This document shows, in pieces, positions 30,545 to 40,883 of a stretch of DNA of 64,000 bases. Numbering within the stretch: the stretch's first letter is position 1; the number at the start of each line of letters is the position of its first letter. The position numbers and the translations under genes were made by a program. The stretch spans positions 1,550,001 to 1,614,000 of the forward strand of contig JAPDFW010000070.1 in assembly GCA_028826165.1 (NCBI GenBank), in the 5' to 3' direction. The notes under the pieces were generated by a model that made no database searches, was not told the origin of the DNA, and was given only the letters and a program-made list of their open reading frames with translations. This DNA comes from Anaeramoeba ignava BMAN. Lineage: Eukaryota > Protista > Anaeramoebae.

Positions 30545-32019
30545 ATGGAAACTTATTCAAATTTAGAAAAACTTTCAAATGATTTAAAAAATTTATTTCA
30601 AAATCAAAATGAAAATGAAAATGAAGAAGAAAGTTATTTTGATTTTGAAATAATTTGTGAACAAAATAAAACTTCATTTAAAACTCATAAATCAATTCTT
30701 TCTTCAAGAAGTGAATATTTTAAAACTCTTTTTAAATCTAAAATGAAAGAATATCAAGAAAATAAATTAATTTTAAAAGATGTTTCAAGTTCAATTCTAT
30801 TTTCAATTTTGAATTATTTTTATTCAGGAAAAATTAAAATTAATTTAGAAAATGCAATTCAAATTTTAATTTTTTCATCAAAATATTTAATTGATGATTT
30901 AATTCAAATTTGTTCAAAATTTTATCAAAAAGAATTTACAATTTGAAACTGTTATTGATGTTCTTAAATTATGTGAATCAATGAAAATAAATGAATTATT
31001 AGAATCTTGTTATAAATTTATTTTCAAAAATCTTGAAAAATTTATTAAAACTTCATTTTTTCTTGAACTTGAAGAAAATCATTTAAATTTAATATTATCA
31101 AATGATAATATTTTAATAAATGAATTTAAAATATTTCAATCAATAATAAAATGGGGAAAACATAAATCAAATATTAATCAAATAAAAGAAAATGAAAAAC
31201 TTGAAAAAGAAGAAAAAGAAAAAATTCAAGATCAAATTTCAAATATTATTCAAAAAATCAGATTTATTGATTTTTCTAAAAAAGAACTTACAGATACTTT
31301 GAAACAAAATTTAATTCCAAATCAAATTTCACAAAAATTAAATAATTTACTTAAATTAAAAACTAATAAAAACAAAAGAAATAAAAGAATTAATTGAAAA
31401 AGAAAAATCAAAATCAAACATTTTCAAAACAAGATTTCATTTTAAATCAACAATTATTAAAAAAGTTGAACATTACAATAAATTAAAAGAATGGATAAAT
31501 GATGATGAATTCTTTTCCAAAATGAAATTAAGATATTCAACAAAAATAGATGGATTTGATTGTAAAAAATGGCATGATAGATGTGATGATCAAGGAAAAA
31601 CATTAATTATTATCAAAACAAAAGATAATTTTATTTTTGGAGGATTTACTGAAGTTGGATTTTCAACTGATCGATCAGAATTGAGTGAAGAATATTCTTA
31701 TTATGAGGAAATATATATTAAAGATCCAAATGCATTTATTTTTTCATTAAGAAATGATAAAAACAATCGAAAACCAAAAAAATTCCCTATTAAGGAAGAT
31801 TATGGAGAAACTGCTCTCCATTATGAACCAGGTTGGGGTCCAGATTTTGGAGATGGAGATATTTCTTTAAATACTACATTAACATCAGGTACTTCCAAAT
31901 TTAGTTGTAGTTACAAATTGCCTAAAGGAATTAAATCTAGAACAAATGAAGCTAAAAGTTATTTAGCTGGTTCACCTGATAAATGGGAAGTTGATGAACT
32001 TGAAACTTATTTCATTTAA
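30545..32019 (+). CDS. BTB-BACK-TLDc protein, copy 3 (frameshifts near 30920 and 31375)
   Basis: Three ORF fragments colinear with copies 1, 2 and 4. Confidence 0.82.
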
Positions 32020-32137
32020 AAATTAATTATCATTTTATTTTTCAAAATAAAGAAAAATAAGAAACAAATTCAAATTTAAATATTGAATTGAATTGAATTT
32101 TATTTGTTTAGAAAAAAATAAAATTTAAAAAGAAAAT

Positions 32138-35100
32138 TCACCAATATTCTTCAAAAAGTCTTTGTTTTTGTCTTAAAACAGAAAGATCACCAAAAACACT
32201 TTCCAAAACTTTTCTAACATCTTTTCCCATTTGAATTGTTCCACATAAAAAAATATTTCCTTGATTTTGAGAAATATCTTTCAAACAATCAATATTGTCT
32301 TTCAAAACATGTTGAACATAAACTTTTTTGTTAGATTCTCTTGAAAAAGCAAATAAAGTTTTATCAATCAAATGATTTTCTTTCAATTCAAAAATTTCTT
32401 TTTTGAGCAAGAAATCATCATTTGAATTGCGACATCCATAGATGAAAACTAGGCTCTTGCGCTGAGAGTCTGGAACCAAGGTTCTCTCCATCAACATTCC
32501 ATAGAAAGGAGCAATACCTATTCCAGCTGCAATAAAAACTGAAGGAATTTTTGGATTGTATTTAAAAGTGGATTTCTGAAGAAAAATTGAAATTTTAGAT
32601 CCAATTTCTTTATGAGATAAATATCCTGAACAGAGACCATTTTGAACCACTCTAACCAGAATTCCCACACTCTCAGGATTACTATTAAAAGATGAAGCGA
32701 TGGAATACAAACGCGGCGCCATTCTGGGAAGAGAATTCACAAGCTCTTGGAATTCTATCTCGATACTGGGAAACTTCTTCAAAACGTCAATAATATTCAA
32801 TTTCTCTCTCATAATTTCTTTCTGATAAATTTCTTGGTTACTTTCATAAAGCAAGATTTTTTTCTTTTCTTTTTTGTTTTTGCAATACTGTGAGAGAATT
32901 AAAAGAGAATTCTGAGGAAGAATAGAAGAAATATCAACATATTTGGTCAGAAATTCTCCGATAGTGATTGTGTTTTGAAAACGAAGATCGTTTTTGATCA
33001 TGATTGGTTTCATTGGATCAATCTTTATTCTTTCACAGAGTTGGGTTACTAGTTTTGGATCGTTTTCTGGAAAGACACAAAGATGATCACCTGCTTCATA
33101 TTTCATAATTCGAGAATTTATTCTCATTTCCAAAAAATAAACGCTTCTTGGTTCATATGAGCGTTTTTTCCCAGATTGAGATAACTCCTTTTTCTGGATA
33201 ATCTCTGATATATAAGGGTTAGTGTGATCATAATACATTTTTTGATTGTTTTCGTTGACGAAGTTTTGAATAGGAACATTTTGATTTGATTCATCCATTT
33301 GAATTTCAAATTTATTTTGTGAAATATTTGAATTTTTGAGTTGATTTTCCTTGACAACTATTCCTTGGGATTCAACAATCTCTTTAATTAGATTTTTGCT
33401 CCAAGAGTTGAATGTATTCGAGGATGGGTTAGTTATATCAATTTCGTTGAGAGGAAGAATTTTTTCTGCTCCAAGTTTTTCAAATTGATGATCCAAAAAT
33501 CTACTAAATTTTTGGTAATTTTCTGAATATATTGAAGATCCAATTCCCAAGATGCTGTATTTGATTGATTCTAAAAGATGAGGAGTTTGGTTTGAGTTGA
33601 AACTTTGCAAATATTTCCATAAACGGTGAGCATTTTGAGGAGGTTCACCATTTCCATAAGTTGATGTCTTTTTTAAAAAAATTTGAATGAATTATTTTGA
33701 TTTCATTTGATTTCATTTGATTCATTTATAAAAAAATTGAGAAAAGAAATGAGATGAGTTTTTTAGCGAATAAATATTGAAAATGATATTGTATTTAAAG
33801 AATATTTAGATACCAAAATAATAACTATTGATTCTGAAGGTAAATTTTCAACAGAATAATTTTCCAGATCAATGACATTAATATCAAAAGAACTTTCCAC
33901 ATGAGGAGTGAGTCTAAAACGGAGTAATAATTGATGAGCAAGTTCTTCAGTGGTTCCAGTTTGTGTACCGAATAAAATGGCTATTCTATGTTCCTTATCA
34001 AAATGAGTGATAGAAAAAGTTGGATTTTGCCTTATGTCGAGGATATTTGAATTAGAATTAGTCTCATAAATGATATCTTTTATATCCTTTGGTCTTTCTA
34101 AATAGGGTTTTGGGAATTCGTCTGACCAAATGCCTTTAACTTCCGTGCCACAAAATTTACAACAACCTTTAGAAATGTTCATTTCTATTAAAACTCTTCT
34201 TTGTCTTTTCATGATCATTTTGTTACAATTTGGACAATAAGTTGAAGTATGTTTATCACTTCTAACATTTCCCAAATAAATGTGATTCAGGCCTTGTTTC
34301 TTCCCAATTTTGTAAGCTCTTTTTAGTGTTTCTAATGGTGTTCTTCCGTGGTTTTGCATCTTAAAATCGTCATGATATGCACTTACATTCCAAGGTATAT
34401 TTTTATCAATTCCATAAATAAATTTTGCGATATTTTCTAATTCTTCATCGCTATCATTTTCGTCTGGAATTACGAGTGTTGTCTTGAAAATGAATATAAA
34501 TATTTAAAATATAAATATAAATATTTAAAATATAAATATTTAAAATATAAATATTTAAAATATAAATATTTAAAATATAAATATTTAAAATATAAATATT
34601 TAAAATATAAATATAAATATTTAAAATATAAATATTTAAAATATAAATATAAATATTTAAAATATAAATATAAAATTCATTTCAAATTCTTCTTTTTTAA
34701 ATGTTTACAAGTTCAACCCAAACTCCTAATCTATACCATCTTTCAATATTTCTTAAAACTGGTGATAATCTTACACCAGATAAATTTTGATAAAATTCAT
34801 TTGTAAATGCTTTAAGATCAATATTAATTCCATCAATATATGGTGATAATAATTCAATTGTTTCAGGTGACATATATCCATTTGAAACCATAACATTTTT
34901 AATACCTTTTTTATGAGCCAATCTTAAAAAAGAAAATTGAATTGATTTAATTTAATTTAATTTAATTTAATTTAATTTAATTTGATTTGAATTAATTTGA
35001 TTTTAATTTTGATTTTAATTTTGATTTTAATTTTGATTTGATTTAATTTGAATTTAATTTGATTTTGATTTTGATTTTGAATTTAATTTAATTTGATTTG

Positions 35101-36129
35101 ATTTGATTTAATTTGATTTTAATTTGATTTGATTTGATTTAATTTGATTTTGATTTTGATTTAATTTGATTTGATTTGATTTGATTTGATTTGATTTGAT
35201 TTAATTTGATTTGATTTAATTTGATTTTGATTTTGATTTTATTTGATTTGATTTGATTTAATTTGATTTTAATTTTGATTTTGAATTTGATTTGAATTAA
35301 ATATTATTGAAGATTTTTATGATTTACTTTGCAGTATCATAAATATATTCAGCAAATATTGTTGGTTCCTGTTTTATTTGTGTTTTTTTTTTGAAAAATT
35401 AAAAATCGGAAAAAAATAATTTTTGAAATTAAATTTTACATTATAAGTATAAGCGATTGATTTGCAATTTTCTTTTATACAATTTTTCACAATTTGTTCT
35501 GGTGATAATTTTTTTCCAATATCCAAATCTTCAATATCAATTCCTTGTCTTGTGGCCATTGAAGTTTTCCAATTTTGACAAAAACTACAAGTAAAATTGC
35601 AACCTATTGAACCAATTGAATAAGCAAAACTTGAAGGATAAAAGTGCCTTAACTAATTTTGATTTTGAATTTTGATTTTGATTTTGATTTTAATATTTAT
35701 TTTGAATTTTGATTTTAATTTTGATTTTTATTTTGATTTTGATTTTGATTTTAATTTTGATTTTGATTTTGATTTTAATTTTAATTTTGATTTTGATTTT
35801 AATTTTGATTTTAATTTTGATTTTTGATTTTTGATTTTGATTTTGATTTTAATTATAATTTTAATTTTGATTTTAATTTTGATTTTAATTTTAATTTTAA
35901 TTTTAATTTTGATTTTGATTTTAATTTTGATTTTTACAGGTTTTTTTTCAATTGGATCAACATGAACAGATTTTCCATATCCATAAACTTCTAAAAATAA
36001 TTCACCATTTCTGTTTTTTCTAACTCCACATTCTCCTGTTTTTCCATTTGCAATTACACATCTTCTATAACAACAAGTGCATTTTACACTTTTATTATCA
36101 AGTTTTTCAAATAAAATTGCTTTGCTCAT
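32138..36129 (-). CDS. amrS: Fusion protein: AmmeMemoRadiSam-type radical SAM enzyme (AmrS) + flavodoxin + FAD/NADPH diflavin reductase, 6 exons, about 952 aa
   Basis: Exons 36129-35938, 35652-35440, 35368-35328, 34922-34709, 34482-33814 and 33667-32138 (all GT-AG; sum 2859 nt, in frame). AmrS motifs: CTCCYRRC..G.CGVR, DPIEKKP|LRHFYP, GCNFTCSFCQNW, AYTYN|EPT, SNGY, NIDLK, WVEL|TTLVIP..NDS, YLGNV, CPNC...CKFCG. Reductase motifs: FGTQTGTTEELA, TSTYGNGEPPQNA, GDHLCVFPEN, PRLYSIASS, GLCSGYL, AGIGIAPF, YGCR, FSR..KVYVQH, LCG...M, C-terminal EEYW. Confidence 0.93.
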
Positions 36130-36138
36130 TTATTAAGA

Positions 36139-36385
36139 ACAAAATGAAAAAATGAAAAAAATGAAAAAAATTTTTGCTTTTTTTTTAATTTAAAAAGAGG
36201 AAAATTAGATTTTTATTTGTTCAAAAAAAAAAGTGGATTTAATTAAATTAAATATTGAATTAAATTAAATTAATATTAATTTGAAAATTTGTTTTTAAAT
36301 TTAAATTTAATATTAATTTGAAAATTTAAATTCCATTTTTCATTTTTTTCATTTTTTTCATTTTTTTCATTTTTCATTTTTTAAA
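36139..36385. promoter_or_regulatory. Divergent promoter with TCA(T)n arrays facing each gene
   Basis: AAAAATGA repeats (TCATTTTT on - strand) at about 36139-36170 before the amrS ATG; TCATTTTTT repeats on + strand at about 36333-36382 before ATG 36400. Confidence 0.55.
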
Positions 36386-36399
36386 TTTTTTAAATAAAA

Positions 36400-37874
36400 A
36401 TGGAAACTTATTTAAATTTAAAAAAACTTTCAAATGATTTAAAAAATTTATTTCAAAATCAAAATCAAAATCAAAATGAAAAGAAAGTTATTTTGATTTT
36501 GAAATAATTTGTGAACAAAATAAAACTTCATTTAAAACTCATAAATCAATTCTTTCTTCAAGAAGTGAATATTTTAAAACACTTTTTAAATCTAAAATGA
36601 AAGAATATCAAGAAAATAAATTAATTTTAAAAGATGTTTCAAGTTCAATTCTATTTTCAATTTTGAATTATTTTTATTCAGGAAAAATTAAAATTAATTT
36701 AGAAAATGCAATTCAAATTTTAATTTTTTCATCAAAATATTTAATTGATGATTTAATTCAAATTTGTTCAAATTTTATCAAAAATAATTTACAATTTGAA
36801 ACTGTTATTGATGTTCTTAAATTATGTGAATCAATGAAAATAAATAAATTATTAGAATCTTGTTATAAATTTATTTTCAAAAATCTTGAAAAATTTATTA
36901 AAACTTCATTTTTTCTTGAACTTGAAGAAAATCATTTAAATTTAATATTATCAAATGATAATATTTTAATAAATGAATTTAAAATATTTCAATCAATAAT
37001 AAAATGGGGAAAACATAAATCAAATATTAATCAAATAAAAGAAAATGAAAAACTTGAAAAAGAAGAAAAAGAAAAAATTCAAGATCAAATTTCAAATATT
37101 ATTCAAAAAATCAGATTTATTGATTTCACAAAACAAGAACTTACAGATACTTTGAAACAAAATTTAATTCCAAATCAAATTTCACAAAAATTAAATAATT
37201 TACTTAAATTAAAAACTAATAAAAACAAGAAAGAAATAAAAGAATTAATTAAAAAAGAAAAATCAAAATCGAACATTTTCAAAACAAGATTTCATTTTAA
37301 ATCAACAATTATTAAAAAAGTTGAACATTACAATAAATTAAAAAAATGGATAAATGATGATGAATTCTTTTCCAATTTAATATTAGGATATTCAGCAAAA
37401 ATAGATGGATTTGATTGTAAAAAATGGCATGATAGATGTGATGATCAAGGAAAAACATTAATTATTATCAAAACAAAAGATAATTTTATTTTTGGAGGAT
37501 TTACTGAAGTTGGATTTTCAGCTGATCTTTCTGAATTGAGTGAAGAAGATTCTTATTATAAGGAAATATATATTAAAGATCCAAATGCATTTATTTTTTC
37601 ATTAAGAAATGATAAAAACAATCGAAAACCAAAAAAATTCCCTGTTAAGAAAGATTATGAAAAAACTGCTCTCCATTATGAACCAAATTGGGGTCCAATT
37701 TTTGGAGATGAAGATATTTCTTTAAATCGTACATTAACATCAGGTACTTCCGAATTGGGTTGGTTTTACAAATTGCCTAAAGGAATTAAATCTGGAACAA
37801 ATGAAGCTAAAAGTTATTTAGCTGGTTCACCTGATAAATGGGAAGTTGATGAACTTGAAACTTATTTCATTTAA
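36400..37874 (+). CDS. BTB-BACK-TLDc protein, copy 4 (frameshift near 36480)
   Basis: ATG GAA ACT TAT at 36400 as in paralogs; ORF 36597-37874 carries the rest. Confidence 0.87.
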
Positions 37875-37991
37875 AAATTAATTATCATTTTATTTTTCAA
37901 AATAAAGAAAAATAAGAAACAAATTCAAATTTAAATATTGAATTGAATTGAATTTTATTTGTTTAGAAAAAAATAAAATTTAAAAAGAAAA

Positions 37992-40187
37992 TTAATCATA
38001 TCGATCTAAAGGAATTGCTCCTTTTGGAGGGAAATTTTTGGATCTTCTAAAAACCCAAATCAAAGCAATAATCACAATAAAACCCATAGAAACACAAACA
38101 CCAATAATAATACCAGCATTATATTTTTGACTTGAAATATCAACAGAAATAGGAATAGGAGTAGGAGAAGGATTAACATCAGAAACTTCGACTTGAATCA
38201 CAATTCCAGGTTCAGTATTTGTTCCAAAATAAATATTCAAGTTCTTGTCATCAAAACTTGCAGAAGAAACATAAACTTCACCTTGATCCAAACTAATTGT
38301 TGAGTCTATTGAAATATTTGCCAAATCAATTCGATAAATAACTTCATTCCAAGTCATTGACATAGCTGCAAAATAAGCATATCCATGTGAAGAATCAATT
38401 AATCCTGTATCAATAAATCTTTCACCAGATGAAAGTGAAATTTGACCAGTTTTTTCTAGATTCATTAGCTCAACTTGTATGATTTTTGAGGTTGAATCAT
38501 TAACTCCAAAATATCCAAATCCATTCACAGAATCAATTACAGATGAACTAAAAAAATTATCATCTTGAAATTGTGATCTTCTTGTTGCTATAAAAGTTCC
38601 AAGTTCAATTTGAATTATTTGGCCTGGAGAAGTATTTGTTCCAAAATAAACAAATTTATTAACAATATCAATACTAGCAGTTGTTAAAGAATCTTCGCCT
38701 GAATTCAAAGTAATTTTGTTTGCTCTTTGAAAATTAATTAAATCAATTTTGACAATTTGACCTGGAGAAGTATTTGTTCCAAAATAAGCAAATTTATTAT
38801 CAATATCAATAACAGAGGACACTAACAAATCTTCACCATTTCCAAGTTGGATTTCATCTTCTTTTTTGAACTGATCAATATTGAATTTGATAATTTTGCC
38901 AGGCGAAGTATTTGTTCCAAAATAAGCAAATCTATTTTCATTATCAAAAACAGCAGTTGTTAAGTAATTATCACCATCGCTCAAAGTAATTTTGTTTTCT
39001 CTTTGGAATGTTGTTAAATCAATTTGAATTATTTGACCTGGAGAAGTATTTGTTCCAAAATAAACAAATTTATTAACAATATCGATAACAGAAGACACAA
39101 GATAATTTTCACCAATATTAAGAGTTTTTTCTGAGTTTTGAGACAATGAATCAATATCAATTTGAATAATTTTTGTTGGTGCTGAATAGGATGAAAAATA
39201 AGCGAATCTGTTTGTAGTATCAATTAAACCAGTTGATAAAGGAAGTTGATCCAAACTTAATTGAACTGAATTTTTAATTGTGAAATTTTGCAAATCAATT
39301 TGGTAAAGAAAAGGATTATCAGTATCAGAATCGCCATCAGAATCAAAAGCAAAATAGGCGAGAGAATTTGGGATATCGATAAGAGAAGTAATAAAATCGC
39401 TATTATTTGAAGAAATTTCTAAAGAATCAACTTTTGAAAAATTATCTGTTTTGATTTTAATAATTTTTTGAGATTTTTTTGTTCCCAAATAAATAAACCC
39501 GTTTTGGGAATCGAAAACCGAACAAGCAACATTATTTTCATCAGAATCCAAAGTTATGATTTGTGAATAATTAAAAACTGTCAAATTGATTTGGATCAAT
39601 TTTGAAGGGAAAGTGTCAGTAGCAAAATAAGCAAGAGAATTCAAAGGATCATAAACACTTGTTGAAATTTTTGCAATTTCAGTTGGAAGATCAAGAACAG
39701 AAACTTTTTGGAATGAAGACAAATCAATTTTGATAATTTTTGCAGGAGATAAATACAATCCAAAATATAAAAATTGATTTAATTGATCGATAAAAACAGT
39801 ATTAAGTGAATATTCTTGTTGATCAAGTTCTAAAGTTTGAACATAAGTAAAATTTAATAAGTTGATTTTAATAATTTTTCCAGGTGATATTTGAGTTCCA
39901 AAATATGCGAAATTATCATTGCTATCTATTACTCCACTGCATATTTCAGTGATATCTTTGGGAAGAAATAATACTCCTTCTTTTGAAAAATTTGAAAGTC
40001 TAATTTTGATAATTTGTGAAGGTGAAAATTCAGTTATAAAATATCCAAATTTGTTTTGATGATCTGAAATTGAGAAAATAATATTATTTTCTCCAGCTTC
40101 AAGATCGATTGATGCTTTTCTTATAAATGAAGTTTTATTTTGTTTAATTATTATTAAAATGAGAATTAAAGTGAGAAAAATTTTCAT
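37992..40187 (-). CDS. Type I membrane protein with about 44-aa beta-propeller-like repeats
   Basis: Signal peptide MKIFLTLILILIII, roughly 14 repeats of SSVID..N.FAYFGTNTSPGQIIKIDL..F, P/T/S stalk, TM helix GIIIGVCVSMGFIVIIALIWVF, short tail; intronless. Confidence 0.8.
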   Translation of the reverse strand: MKIFLTLILILIIIKQNKTSFIRKASIDLEAGENNIIFSISDHQNKFGYFITEFSPSQIIKIRLSNFSKEGVLFLPKDITEICSGVIDSNDNFAYFGTQISPGKIIKINLLNFTYVQTLELDQQEYSLNTVFIDQLNQFLYFGLYLSPAKIIKIDLSSFQKVSVLDLPTEIAKISTSVYDPLNSLAYFATDTFPSKLIQINLTVFNYSQIITLDSDENNVACSVFDSQNGFIYLGTKKSQKIIKIKTDNFSKVDSLEISSNNSDFITSLIDIPNSLAYFAFDSDGDSDTDNPFLYQIDLQNFTIKNSVQLSLDQLPLSTGLIDTTNRFAYFSSYSAPTKIIQIDIDSLSQNSEKTLNIGENYLVSSVIDIVNKFVYFGTNTSPGQIIQIDLTTFQRENKITLSDGDNYLTTAVFDNENRFAYFGTNTSPGKIIKFNIDQFKKEDEIQLGNGEDLLVSSVIDIDNKFAYFGTNTSPGQIVKIDLINFQRANKITLNSGEDSLTTASIDIVNKFVYFGTNTSPGQIIQIELGTFIATRRSQFQDDNFFSSSVIDSVNGFGYFGVNDSTSKIIQVELMNLEKTGQISLSSGERFIDTGLIDSSHGYAYFAAMSMTWNEVIYRIDLANISIDSTISLDQGEVYVSSASFDDKNLNIYFGTNTEPGIVIQVEVSDVNPSPTPIPISVDISSQKYNAGIIIGVCVSMGFIVIIALIWVFRRSKNFPPKGAIPLDRYD

Positions 40188-40239
40188 ATTTAAAATGAAA
40201 AAAATGAAAAATGAAAAATGAAAAAAATGAAAAATGAAT

Positions 40240-40883
40240 TTTGAATTTGATTTTAATATTGAATTTGATTTTAATTTTGAATTTGATTTTGATTTTGAAT
40301 TTGATTTTAATTTTGATTTTTAATTTGATTTTGAATTTGATTTTGAATTTAAATTTGATTTTAATTTTGATTTTAATTTTGATTATTTTAATTTTGAATT
40401 TTATTTTGAATTTGATTTTGAATTTTGATTTTGATTTTGAATTTGATTTTGATTTTGATTTTGATTTTGAATTTTGATTTTGATTTTGATTTTGATTTTG
40501 ATTTTAATTTTGAATTTTGATTTTGAATTTGATTTTGAATTTGATTTTGATTTTGAATTTAATTTTGATTTTGATTTTGATTTTGATTTTGATTTTGATT
40601 TTGATTTTGATTTTGATTTTGAATTTTTAATTTTGATTTTGATTTTGATTTTGATTTTGATTTTGATTTTGATTTTGATTTTGATTTTGATTTTGATTTT
40701 GAATTTGATTTTGAATTTGATTTTGATTTTAATTTTGATTTTTAATTTTGATTTTGATTTTGATTTTGATTTTAATTTTGATTTGATTTTAATTTTAAAT
40801 TTTAAGTTTTTCAAGTTAATTTTAATTTTGAATTTGATTTTGAATTTTAATTTTGATTTTGATTTTGAATTTGATTTTGATTA
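40240..40883. repeat. (GATTTT)n hexamer tract downstream of metallophosphoesterase copy 1
   Basis: Visible repeat; equivalent tract at 42256-42905 downstream of copy 2. Confidence 0.9.

Noticed and set aside
32138-36129. amrS-reductase as bacterial contamination, as two separate genes, or as TYW1
   Set aside because: It has five spliceosomal introns with host-type repeats and a host-type upstream motif; the domain junction is inside one exon; TYW1 has an N-terminal flavodoxin, no FAD/NADPH module and different motifs.
15665-37874. Diversity-generating retroelement or transposon behind the paralog variability
   Set aside because: No reverse transcriptase, transposase, template repeat or terminal repeats visible in the window.
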